This document shows positions 25,034-38,326 of a stretch of DNA of 64,000 nt, piece after piece. The stretch covers positions 435,977 through 499,976 of the forward strand of contig NMRA01000202.1 in NCBI GenBank assembly GCA_002633005.1, given 5' to 3'. Source of the stretch: Phoronis australis (lineage: Eukaryota; Animalia; Phoronida). Each line of letters starts with the position of its first letter. Within the stretch, counting starts at the first letter, position 1. The position numbers and the translations under genes are program-made. The notes beneath the pieces are model-generated. The model was not told the DNA's origin. It searched no databases and saw nothing but the letters and a program-made list of their open reading frames with translations.

Positions 25034-28000
25034 GTACAGTGTTACCCTGCTATGGCGTGAATGCACATGCAACAGAGAGGTATCGCAAAACGATGTGAAC
25101 GTGAATTATCACGCATTCATAATACCGCGTCGTGCATGCCATTGTTGGCTGTGACGTATCCCGATAGTGTTTGAGTATTTTACGCGAACACAGAGAGATT
25201 CGCGTCGCTTTAAACGCGAAACCTGTGGTCCTTTTTAATTCTTATTTGGTAAGACATTGAAATTATTTTAATTTTGATAGTGTTCTCAATCATTCTTCTT
25301 TGCTTCAGTATAAATGAACATGGTTCTTTTGTCTCTAAATGTTCTTAAAGTTTATTTCCAAGAAAGCACCTTTTCCAAAATCCTTATTCTGCCAGGGTTC
25401 GCTGGATATCATCGAACTAGAATAGATTTTTAACAGTTATAATTTAGTGTTGTTAATTTTTTTACATGCTTAATTTACATGCATCTATTCATTTTAAACT
25501 AGAGATAAATTTCGCATTCTAAGAGTTGACCATTTCTCGCAGGAGTTCGTAGAAACGACTTTTTTCACGTAAAAGAAGTTGCGTTGCCGGGTACAGTGAC
25601 TTAATTTTTTGTAAACTAGCTGACATGTACCAGGCATAGGCCTACAATAACTGTACACCCTGAGCTCAGTTATTCAGTAAGAAAGTTCTCGTCAGTCTAT
25701 TCCTCCTCGAGATTTTGTGGGAATTCACTTAAAAGTGTCAAAATATCGTCAAATTTGAAAGACCTGGTCAATCCTTCGAAGTTTATGAAGCTTTACAACA
25801 ATCGCAGATTATCTCTTACTTTGTTTTGACTGCAGAAACTAATTGCTGTCATGACAAGGATAGTTTTGGAAAAGTTTCACGATTTCCATATTAATGGCGT
25901 TCGTAGAGAGGAAACGCCCGCTTAACCAATAATTCAGCCCAAACACGACCATTTACTGCCGAAACTTTGGAAGTCAAAAATCGGATCCGGCATAATATAG
26001 CAAATCAGCAGCTAAAGCTGCATTTCGCCCTGTTGAACTGGCCAAAGTTCTCGTCAGTCTATTCCTGTTCGAGAAGTTTGTGGGAATTCATGTTATACAC
26101 ATACACGCGTCAATGCCCAATTGTAGAAAATGGAAGTCGATGCCACGCAAATAGTTTGAGGTCACGACCGCAGCCGGCACAGAGGCTGTAGCGTGGCACT
26201 GGACCGAAATAATCGACGAATCACAACGGTTCAAAGCGTTCATGATTTTGAAGCATACAAGACAGAAACGAGTATCATTTATCATTAATAAAATCCAGTT
26301 AGCACCACTACAATTAGATGTGATCGTTGCGGCAATCGGCATTCGAAGAAACGAAATCCATTCAGATTGGCCACTATTCGTGGCTGGGCTTTGACTGTCA
26401 GGGTTAGAAACTTCGGTTACAGATTTACACTTCGAGACATAAAAATTAATTCGTATTCCAAAGAAAAGTTATACTTACCACTCAGAAATGTCAGCTCTGC
26501 AACCATGACTTTCCGCAGGGACTGAGTAGGCTCCGACTCGGCTTCAGTCGCCGAAGACGCCTGTGCGAGAGGGTCGAGTTCGTACGGCCTCAAACATGAA
26601 ATGCGAGGTCTAACTCATTATCTGTTTAACCTATGGCCTGGGTGTTGTCTTCACCCCCATTTCCATTCGTGTCTTCCTAGTACTCGTCAAGCTTACTCTC
26701 TAATTTTTCGTTACAAAATCACCACTATCCGCCATTGCATATAATGGCTGTCCACTGATCGACGCCGCCGTCTTCCACTGATGACATGTCGTGGCGGGAA
26801 ACCAAAAAATTATTATTTTTTCCTTGCAATTCAAAATTCCTCAGTTATTTCCCAAGATAAGTAGATTTCATGTTACGAAATTATTATTTACTGTCTAAAA
26901 CCTCAAAAAGTGCAAAAAATCATTTGGGACACTTTAAAATGTCATTGTTGGCTTTTCACCGTGGCACAGTCGTTCGATCACTCAGAGCTAAAGTGTCATT
27001 TGCAGATTGCCTTGCAACCGGACACAAATACAGATATTTTTCCGTGGAAGTTCCTACTCTCGTACCCGCGGCAGATTGTAATCTACGCTCAGCCACGGTT
27101 TTCAGCGAACGGGTGTTTACAACTCTCCATTGCGTTTTATCCGCGACTTCCGCATTCGCACACTTACATTGTGTATCGACGAAGCACGGCACTCATTTCA
27201 ACGAGTTCAGTGCCTGCATTTTCAAAATAACAAATTTGGTTGCTTTGAAAACCGACTTTGAACTCTAATCTGAGCTTGCGTTTACGCGTTATACATCAAA
27301 GGTTGCACTGTACGGGCACGAACGACTGCAGTGCACTGTACGAACGAATGCAACACATCCCTTCTCAAAAGAACGCGCTAGCTTTCCGAGTCGGAGATTT
27401 GTACGGATTTTATTTTTGAGCTCTCGGACACTTGTTATTGGGAACAGCACGTGGTCAACCAGTGCGATCTAGAGACAAATTAACTACAACAACATGCCTC
27501 GGTATTTAAATCTTAATATAAAATAGCATCCGCTCTTAACAAGAAGCACGTGGGCAGGCTCAACAATTGTTATAAGAGATGATTTACTAACGATTGGTGT
27601 TCCAAAATAGTTTTTGCCGTCTTCTTTTCACGTAACATCATTTGCAAGGACATTATCTATCTCTGACAACCAAATTATGGAATTCATTAACCATGGAACA
27701 TTTTTTTATATTCCAGTGGCGGCCACTTCAACCCGGCGGTGACGCTGGCGATTGCATTCTGCGGTGGCATAAAGCCGCTGCTTGCCGTTGCTTATGTCGT
27801 TTTCCAGCTACTAGGGGGCGTTGTGGGTGCGGCCTGCATCAAAGTAAGCCATCAATCTCAACTGAAGATTTTTGTTTCAGCGCTGGTTGTTTTAAGGCAA
27901 AGCCAACTCACAATTAAAGGGGTCAACAAAAGTTTAATCAATAGTTGAAGTTTTAACATTTTCATAGTTTTGTATTCTGGTTTTTGCCTACTACAATCTG

Positions 28001-31000
28001 CAAAAACCTCCGGAGGTTTTGGAATTATAGTTTTCCGATTATGATGTCCGTCTCTTTTAACGAAACCCCTCAGCCAAAATGTGAAATTTACACGGGTTAC
28101 TGAAGAGCTACCTCTAATTAAAATCATTTTCAAAACGTACTTATTTCATTGCACGCTGCCAAATTTATGTTGTAACTACATAAATGACATTTCCGGCTTA
28201 CTAATTTTCCTACGTAGGCGTAAGTAATGTTTTATGAATTTTGAGTACTTCAAATTTAAGTATTTTGGATTCTACACACAGATTGCATCGTTGATTTTTT
28301 TTGCCTATCGTGATTTTTATGGAATACGACGGTCACCGACTTATTTTAATCCATTTTAGCTTAATCAGAAAGCGCAATATTACCTCAAAAGTGCGTCAAG
28401 TTCAAGGTCACAATTTCCCGCTGCGTTTCACTAGATGGCCATTATGTTGTGTTGTTGGGATTTTGAACTAACTTTGGATAGTGTGAATAATCTAAGACAG
28501 GACGTTTCTTCTCTAATTAATTCATATTTGCAGTTTGAATTTAGTCACACATAATACCAACAATTCGATTAGCCTGTTGCTCAGTGTGATTTTGGTGTAA
28601 AACTTAATGTCGCAATTACTTAACACCATGGTAACTGTCAGACGATTGACTATGGGTTTGTTTAAAATGTAGCTATGCTTTGAGATTGTGCGTAGAAGGA
28701 AAGTGAATAATCAAATCCAATAACTAATTTATTATATGAATAATATGATAAGTCCTAATTAGACTAGTGAAATCTGTTCTTAATTAAGTAATCAACTACA
28801 AAGAAGAGTAACTACACTAGCGCCCTCTTTAAAGATTACCTCAATCAATCAACCAAAATAATCAAATGTCTTATCAGCTATCCAAGCTAGGACTCTCCAC
28901 TTGTTGGACGTCTGTCCTGTTAGTGAATCTTCGAACTACAAGCACTGTATAGCGACAGTGTACTTACTGGTCACCGTCTCTGGTGATGCAACATTTGCAG
29001 GCATTCTTCTACCCGCGATTCTTCTTCATGGTCACAGTCTCTGGCTGGTGAAGCAACACTTCAGGTAGTATCTTACTACCCACGATGCAAGTGACAAGCT
29101 CTTAGTTAACTTCCTGTTCGTTAAGGAGGCACTAAATAGTTCTCACAGGGGTTTGCCTATCAGAACACACGTCAATGGACTCTTCAACCTTTCTTCACTC
29201 TGTCAAAAACTGCATGCCAGGCAAATAAAGAAACGTTTTGAGTCATTTCACATCACAAGCCCTACAGATGAGCACAGAAACTTTGTTCTCTCTTGTATTT
29301 TTGACCCTTTCACTACCAGTAGAAACCAAACTAGACTAAGACAAATAAGGGCAAAAAATGCAAAATCGGCAATTTCACCCCAAAACCACCACTTTTCTGC
29401 CGATCGATGCTCGACTAAAGCCAACATTAGATTCCGAAAGCAAATTTCCTACAGATTCCAAAAATGTGTTCCAAAAGTACTGTCAACCAACTAGTTTTTT
29501 TTACAAATCTGACTTGTTTGTGAGCTACCTGAAATCGTGGCCAATTTCTCAGTTGTACACAGCAATCCACAATTGCAACAGGGGGCCACCATCTTGAAGA
29601 AGAGTGCAGCTACAGCCAAGAAAGTGGCCTTTTTTAATTCTCAGCATGTTCACAAATGCAAACAAACCACATTCACTTGGCCTACATACAATACCTAACT
29701 AAAAAATGCCCCCAAGCCTGGACTACCTCTAGATTTTAACATTTCGGGAGTGCAAGTTGGCCGCGACCGCAGTCTAACTGTTCAGTGCCACCTAAACCTT
29801 GCCCTTGCCAAGATCCTTTCTAGAATCTTCCACGAGATGGCTCTGTCGTACAATTTCCTCTGTACACTGTACGTAGCAAGTCTTTATGCTTCAACTACTA
29901 TAGTTCATCTGAATTTCTTTTTGACTTAAGCCCATATTATAATATTCTACTTATTTAATGATTGGCTAATAAAAACCACATGATCATATCCAATCATATA
30001 ATTGGCTGTTACAATTTGTTTCTAGAAATTTCTAGAATCTCAAGAGTACTTTGATCCCAGAACCCAAAGTTGTAAACACCATTTAAAAATTGATTTTGAC
30101 GTTAAAGTGAATGTCAACAAGTTTGACCCCATGATTTAAAAGTACATAGGCCTATGCACAAATTTTGGGCAACTTAAAACGGATTCATTCTTACTAATTA
30201 CTTCATCAATATTTATTCTGACAGTAACAAGAACGCGATACAAAATTAACATTTTTCAATTTACATGCAAGTAATCCGTTCTTAGAAATAGAAACAACAT
30301 TCCAGTGTGTTACAAATTAGCCAATGTCCTAAAACATCGACTGCTAAAAAACTTTCTGGCAAACTGTGTTGACACCCCTTAAGATCATAAAATGTATGCT
30401 ATAATCGTAATTTGCGTAGGTATACCGTGGGTTAGATTCCACTGATTGTCCAATTGTCCTCTCTTATAGTTTCTTCACAATCATTACAGGTATAACGAAT
30501 GAGTTCTACCCCTAATTTAGCGACCATTAGTGTAGTAATAATAGTGGATTTATATAATCGAATTACAGTAAATGGGGGACCAGCCCCCAGCCCCCTATGG
30601 TGCGCCGCCCATGTAATTAGCAGACTCAGAATAGGTCTGATAACACTTGTAATGACCAAGATACAATGGCTTAATCAACACAGCTCTAATTAAAGACAAG
30701 CTGGGGGTATTACAACACTTTCATCATTAGCTTCATTAGACACGGACATTCTGAAACGCGCTCGCTTCTAACGCTATCCACATTTCTTGCAAAACTGATG
30801 AACTGACTCTCTGAAGTACGATTGAAGAATTCCGCAATTCATATTTTTGGTAATTTGGCCAATATCTTTGAAAGATTTTAATTTACCTTTAAGGAAATCT
30901 CACGAAAAGTAATTCGCGTGCTCCACCTTATGAGACACTCACAATGTTAGACAAAATCAGGTTATATCCGTGTCTTTAGCACTACGTTATACTTAAACAA

Positions 31001-34000
31001 ACCGAAATGAGATTCACATATAACAATTGTTCATGTCAAATTTCGTTAGTAAACTTTCTACTGACGTAATTCATGGGTAGAGAAATCACTGAACAGAACA
31101 AAATTTATTCGGAAACCTTTTTACAAAAGTAAATTGCTTGTGGCACCTTCTCAGCAATGGCCTTCTTACGGATATTGTAAGACGTCGTATATACAAAGGA
31201 TTGTGGAAAAACCCACCTGTTAGTTTGATGCTACCTCAAACACTGTCCCAACTGATCTATATCGATGTTGTGTATTGGATATAGAGGCGACCAATGAAAT
31301 CCTAAAACCATACAGATCAACTGGATAATCGATGGACTGCAATAACATAAGTTAAATCTTCTTTGCCCTGAGCATATCGAGCGCATGTTTCGCCTACGTC
31401 AGTTACAGGATACAAGAATCCACGGCTCCACCTATCGTTTTGAATGTTCGATTTGGTAGTAAACAAATCAATCCACGTGCTTTTTCAGTGTAAGTAGACG
31501 GTAGAGTAAGGCTAGATAAACTAATATTTTTCGAAAGATATTGTCTGGATTGTCAAAAGGTTGCCATAAGTCCATTCCCAACATATTCAGTATTGCCACA
31601 ACTCTTTTTCAATAGAGCCACGTATAATCAGCGTAGAGCTCTTTGTAAGATACAATATCGGTAAAACACCGTTCATTTTTAGGCCGCTCACGTTTTCACA
31701 AATCCATCCCACACTGTTAACTAGCCTTTGGTGCAAAGAAAAAACGAGCCTTTGAATTAGATGTGAAAAAATATTAATCACGACTTCTGAATCGTACTGT
31801 AAAATAATTTCCCGGCACTGAGGAGCCACCTGTCTTCTTCTACTGAAGACTGATGCCTGGTTGGTTCCCACGAAAATTTCGTCGTCCTCTGCCGGTTGAG
31901 ACGAAATTTTAGCGGGAACCAATCTGTCATCGATCCCCAGTAGAAGGAGCCAGGCGCCTCCGCAACGTCGAGAAAAAACATTTTAAGGTAAGTTCCAGAA
32001 GTTGTGATTTACAAATTTTTCGCATGTAGTTATTCGGTTGGTTGAATGATAATGCTCATCGCCTAAGTCTTTGAATTATTAGCATCATTATGATAGCAAA
32101 TTGTTAGCATTTGGTTGACCAGCCAAGTCGAGATGCGAGGGGTATGATTAACTTTATGAATAATTCAGATTTTCGTTACTGCTGTAGGCTTTGTAGCGAC
32201 AGAATGCAGCGCTTTGACTAAAATCTAGCAAGGACTACCTGCACCACTACGACTTATTTCGATTAAATTGTATCCTATTGTATCTTTTTTCATTTCTCAC
32301 ATACAACAGGGTGCTCTGAATAATTCTACTTACGAATCCATCTACGGTGGGGCCAATATGTTGAACGACAGCAGCGCCACAGTCGGCATGGGAATTTTGT
32401 GCGAGATGTTAACCACGTGCTTATTGGTCAGCGTGGTGCTTGGCGCGGCTATTGACAGCAAAGGACACAACCTTCTCGCTTCATTGGCTATCGGCGTTAC
32501 GGTTGGCGTGGATATCTTGTCGACGTAAGCTGAAATTTTGAAGATTACAAAGGATAAGATCATATATACCACATGTGTGTGCCTACAATCGCAGAAAGTA
32601 GACCTGCTGTTAAACTAATGTTAGCAGCAGTCGCCTTCCGTTGGCGGTTCTAGTTTTCGTATCGGGCACCAGAAGCTGATCTGGGACGCGTTCCTAAAAA
32701 GGATGTCAAACCCGGTATCAGATATTAAAAACGACTTTTCCATCCATTTATCTGAAATAAAATAATGCTCTGTAACCCTCGGCAACCCTCAATAGTTTGG
32801 AAGAAAATTTGAAAAATCATTTCAAGTCTGTTAAACAGGCCGGCCAGCGTGACCAACGCGTTTAGCGAATTACACGGCAACTTTGGGAAAACACCACCAC
32901 CAAGGACCAAATTGTCCAATCTGTTGCACAGGGACTTTGAGTTTTTATTTGATTCCTGGTTTTAATATGATGCATTATCAGGTGACAGAAGTAGGATTGA
33001 CTGAAATAAACAGGGTTTAGTATCCTTTTAAAGTTGCTAAAGGTTTTTACCAGTTCGGATTGGTCTGTTGTATAGAGACAGGATTTTATCTGTTTTCACA
33101 AAATTCTTTTTCACAAACATGCTGAGATCATTGGTATTTGACTGCCGATGTTCCAGACTTTTCTTGGGACACCAATTAAATGTCCTGTCACTATTACTAA
33201 GGAATGCAAGGACATCCCGTTTGGGGGATTGTTTTGCTCTTTTCGACGTAGCTATCTCGTTATAACGAGGAGGTACCTCGTTATAACGGCTCAAATATCT
33301 CGTTGTAGCTGAATATTTAGGGAACATACCGGTAGTTACATGTAAGTCCCTACGGGGGCTTTTTCATACAACCTGACGCAGATGACCGTTGACAAGGCGG
33401 AAATGGCAACCAATTTAACACTACGATAACAAAGTTTCAGCGCAAAAAACAACTTTTTTCAAATAGAATAATCTATTATTTTGAAACACAAATTATATTC
33501 AAATGTTACATAAATAAGTTGGCGAACTCTCGAACACCCCTTACATTGAATTTTTAACGCCTAATTCGCCATACAGGGGTCCAGCAACTTTAAATGTATA
33601 TGTCTGCCTGCTTCGAGAGGGCAAGTGAAAAGTAATATCTCCCGACGATTTTTCATTTAAGCGTTTGACCTTCCGAGCTTTCCCTAAGAGAATAGCCTGT
33701 TGATTATTGAGTGGTATTTATTAAGGCATCTCTCAGGCAAACATAGCTCTAGCAAAACGGAAATACTCTGTATGTCAGTAAAATGTCACAACTAAATGTA
33801 AAAACCATTTCTAGCGGACACATTAGTGGCGCCTCGATGAATCCTGCACGAAGTCTCGGTCCAGCTTTGGTAGCCGGCATAGAATTGCCGGAAGTGTGGA
33901 CGTACCATTACATCAATTGGATCGGACCCCTCCTAGGTTCACTGCTGGCTATGCTTCTATACAGGTATAGTTCGTTCTGTTACAGAATTGATACGTGCTT

Positions 34001-36513
34001 GCAAATGTATATTATTTCTTCGAAAATATAACATTCCTTGCAAGACTAAGTATTGCGACGGAGCTTTGGTGCAACTTTTGATTTTACAACCGTACTGCCA
34101 CCCTCCGGGCGTATTTAGTACAAAATACTACATGTACTTGAGGACATTTTTGCCCAGAATGTCGCAATATCGTTCCCTTAAATTTTGTTTCGTTGTTCCA
34201 CAATACAGGTGGTAATTCTTATCCGATCAACATCGTTGAAATCGAATTCAACTAAATATGGTGTTGTGGCGTCCATTTCTCATATCTTCACTTTCCGGAG
34301 TTACATCACCGCTGTAGACCTACCAGGAGGTATTTTTATGCAACCACATATTCATACATGTACATGGGTGCATATTGCCGTGATCTGGGCGTCCGGAATC
34401 CGCGGCTGTATCTCCTAAACCCGTGAAACAGCTTTTGAAATTTGGCAAAAAGGTTTTTAATACGAGGGCGATGATTCCATTCCATTTTGGAACGGATTCG
34501 ACAAACTTTACGCCACCTTGTGGTCGTTTTTGCCATTAACTGCTCTAAGGATCATTATAAAAATTTACAGATGTGTTACTGATGAGAAGGCCATGACTGA
34601 AGTTGACTTCCGGACGGGTCTGACTACTGTGTCTCCCCCTAGTGGAGATTTTGTTTTTTGCGTTTGTGGCCAAATACGTGTATCATTAATCCATTTGAAG
34701 GAGCTTTGTGGAATTTGTAAGATGTATTCTTATGGAGCCGTCGATGAACGGTATCGAGTGTCTAGTAACTGATCCAGATACCACCATGCCCCTTAGTGAC
34801 CTTCGGAGTTCATGAATGTATTTTCATGAAATTCGACAAATATGTTTCTATTACAGGGACGACAACGCCTTCCCATTTTAGGACAGATTTGATGTTTTCT
34901 GCGCCACGTGGGGGCCATTTTTGTTATTTCTTGCGTCCGTTTTCTGGCGTTCATTTCCCTATCTGCCATACCGCGTAAAGGACCATTATGAAATTTACAG
35001 ACTGCCCATGTGTTCCTAGTGAGAAGGCCACGACTGAAGTTGACTTTTGGACGGGTCCAACTGCAGTGTCGCCCCCTAGTGGTGATTTTTTCTGAGGCCG
35101 AATCTCCTTAAACCTTTGAAGGAGCCTTATGAAATTTGAAAGATGTGTTCCTATGGAGCCGACAACAAACGGTAACAAATGTCAAACTTCCGCTCAAAGG
35201 ATCATTGTTTAAATTTACAGATGTGTTGCTGATGAGGCCATGACTGACTACTACTGTGTCGCCCCATAGTGATAGATTTTTTTTGCGTTTGTGGCCAAAT
35301 TTCCTTAACCATTTGAAAGAGCTTGATGAAATTTGAGAGATGTGTTCCTATGGAGCCGACAAGAAGCGGTTACACATCTCAAACTAATCCAAATACAATG
35401 TGCCATATGCCCAAAGAAAAAAATGTATTTTTTTACGTTTACCTCTGTATATTCGGAGTTCATAAATGTATTTTCATGAAATTCGTCGAATATGTTTCTA
35501 TTAAGGACTGAGACGACAATGCCTTCCCATTTTAGGGCAGATTTGATGTTTTCTGGGCCACTAGGTGACCGTTAAAATTTTTTCGTTGATTTTTTTATCG
35601 CCTGCCTCTCTATTTGCCAATCCATTCAAAGGACGATTAGGAAATTTGGCGGTTGTGTTCCGGATGCGAAAACCCTAGCTGATGTTAATTTTCGGATGTT
35701 TTTAGTATTCCGGTGCCCTTTAAAGACAATTTTGTTTTTATATCTACGGCTGTATCTGATCCTTAACCCTTTGAAGGGATCTTAAATTGCGACGTTTAGC
35801 AGCTGGACGGCAACAGATGACGATGAGTTTCAGACCAATCGGACAATAGCTGTGCCCCCTAGTGACAATTGTTTTTTTACGTTTGCCTCTTATTAACATA
35901 TGAGGTCCTTGGCTTATTTTCATGAAATAGTTGTGTTTTATAGAGAAGATGCTACCTTCTCAATTAGAGTGGAATTGACACTTTCTGCGCCATCTAACGG
36001 CTATTTTAAACACCCATAGAAGTACACCGTTTACGGTGCTATCGTGGGCACACTTCAAGGCTGCGCGATGCTCTTATTTATGAAACTTAGCCTGTGGATA
36101 AATCTTGTCACGTGCGACCCGAAGAAAACCATATATCTTTTACGACGGTTTACCATTCTCGAGGTTTTCTGATGACTGATCTCTCATTGATTTCACGTTT
36201 TGTATCTCCAGTGTACCAGGATCTTTCTGAAATTTGATGTGCAGGTAGATCTTGTCAACCGCCGCCGGGAGTCTTTTTTCCCGCTTTGGCTCACCGTTCT
36301 TATCATCAGATCTGTAAATCTCGAATTATTCGAGATTTACTCATCTGATGATGATAACTTCTCCTTTGACTGTTTCTTTGATGTATCTTAGAAAACTTAC
36401 CTTATGACCTGTAATGCTTTATTTTTAGGCTACTTTTTGCTTCATGGGACAAAAGACTTCACCCTGAGTGGATGACTGGAATCAAGAATCGTATTTTAAA
36501 GAGAACAGTGTGA
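24783..36513 (+). CDS. AQP8: Aquaporin-8-like MIP channel, paralog B (5 coding exons, 275 aa)
   Basis: join(24783..25033,27717..27843,32310..32524,33815..33964,36429..36513) = 828 nt, GT-AG, same intron positions and phases as paralog A. Motifs [39 protein letters not shown]. Confidence 0.92.
27717..27843 (+). CDS. AQP8-like B exon (first NPA)
   Basis: ttccag acceptor; [18 protein letters not shown]; AAA|GTAAGC; 127 nt as in paralog A. Confidence 0.95.
32310..32524 (+). CDS. AQP8-like B exon (TM4-TM5)
   Basis: aacag acceptor; GILCEMLTT...[13 protein letters not shown]; AC|GTAAGC. Confidence 0.93.
33815..33964 (+). CDS. AQP8-like B exon (second NPA)
   Basis: tttctag acceptor; [17 protein letters not shown]...HYINWIGP; AG|GTATAG. 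Confidence 0.95.
34333..36080 (+). mobile_element. Helentron-associated (HINE/DINE-1-like) element with internal degenerate tandem repeats
   Basis: T-run then short inverted repeat (atgcaacca...tgggtgcat), followed by several diverged repeats containing aaatttacagatgtgtt / gccccctagtgg; right end approximate. Confidence 0.55.
36429..36513 (+). CDS. AQP8-like B terminal exon
   Basis: tttttag acceptor, phase 2; [28 protein letters not shown]. Confidence 0.85.
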
Positions 36514-37450
36514 GATTGCTAAGCACTACGATGTGTTGCAGCGCTACCTACTGTAGTTAGCTTGTACCGTAAAATTAACTCTCTTCAGTTCTGGCTATTT
36601 ACACTCTGCGATTATGTTATTTGAAATGTAAGCCTACTCGGCTGTCGGTCCTCTGGTATTTAGGGACGCAGATAATGTCTAAAACTGTGCAGACGTTGCA
36701 GGACATTTACTCGTTATGTAAATATTCGATTAAACACATGGAATCAAATGGCCAGGTTATATACGTGAGTTGTGATTTTACCGAGGTCTACTTCAGTCAC
36801 CAGATGGCGAGACCAGCTGGTCCACGAGTCGGCTCACGAAGAACTGTCAAAAAAACACGTCATGGAAATCGACATTCGGTGAGTCCGCTGAAGTTGGCGT
36901 GGTACCAGCATATAGGTCATGAAAGGATTCACGGCAGTTAATATCAGCTTTTGGGCTGAGAGTCAACATACTCTCAATACAGAATGATTTTTAGAAATGA
37001 TAAGAAGTCTTCATTCAGTACCAGTACCAGTTCCGGGTTGAGGCAAGTTCTTGTATTTTTGGCCCACAAAAGGGCAGCCTGAATATTCCGAGAAAAACAC
37101 CTTCAATCCACAATCATAGCATCAACACTTTCAACGAACAGCATTTTAAATAACCATCTACAAAAGGAATATTGAATGGCACTGACATTCATAAATAAGC
37201 AGACTATTCAATAACCTTTTTGTAGTGCATTTCTTGTCTTCTTCTCCTACATATCATTAAAGAGCGTTGAATGAAATTTTCTCGTGACTCTTTTATTTGG
37301 GGGAATCTCAGACTTCTAACGGTGTGAGTAAATGCAGGTTGTTCCCATATTAACAGCGATAAAAAGAGTTTCTGACACTCTGTGGAGTTCCTGGTGGGAC
37401 AGTAATTTTTTAATAAAATACGCGCGAAAAAATAGATTTTGAAGAAATTG

Positions 37451-38326
37451 ATAAATATAGATTATTACATGGCGAAGTCGTTATCCCCCGTTATCTAGAG
37501 CCCAAGTGGATGTTGGAGATTTATCGCCCGAGAGGCGTTAGCCCCGAGGGTGATAATTCTCCAAAATCCACGACGGCTTTAGATAAGGGAGATAACGACT
37601 GAGAACATGTAATAATCTATTTATATCACATACTGAACGAGAAACATTGCAATGAATCGATCTACCTTTCTCGACTCGCCTCGGCTTTGTAACTACTTTC
37701 TAGGTCAGCGGCCTGGGGTTGGAGGTCGTGACCTTTTAAGAAAAGCCGAGCTATTTTTGTCAAATAATGCTTTTACTCAAAACCTATTGAAATTTTAAAC
37801 AAAACAGAAATAGAGTGACTCTATAAATTAAGGTTTAGTAACTATTATGGCTTACTACACATTTTATCACTCTAAGCTTCGACCGGGAAAATATCGTCTG
37901 CTAAAGTAGGTTACCACTAATAACCGAGTATAATGCTCAAGTTAAAGGATCCCGACGACACGATATCCGCATTCAAATTGGAAAACGGTGATTTACAAGT
38001 GAGAGAACACGAGAGAAAACTTTCACTGAATTAAAACATCGTTTTTATGGAAGTTATCCGTCTTATTTTTCATAGGTATAAATGTCGGTACAATGCCCTT
38101 TGCTGAACATGCGATTGTTGCGCGTGCTCATTTAAGTATTCTATTTTCACGTTAGATGACGTCAACCGCTCAGGGGTGTAGTGGTAACGTAGGCGACCCG
38201 AAGTTCTTGAGGCCCGAGTTCGAAATCGGCCTCGGTTTCCCGCCAAAATGTTATCTCACTAATGAGATAATTAAATGCGTTATTACACGGTTGTATTTGC
38301 CATTTGACGCTAATATTGTGGTATAA
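37451..38326 (+). mobile_element. Same palindrome-capped element, copy B (inverted relative to A)
   Basis: Colinear diverged copy of 959->87; starts with a ~170-bp palindrome, ends gtggtataaa; tRNA-like segment ~38168-38236. Confidence 0.7.

Noticed and set aside
31778-31981. Weak THAP-like ORF (FPLK..SWEPT)
   Set aside because: Cys/His ligands absent; too degenerate to call
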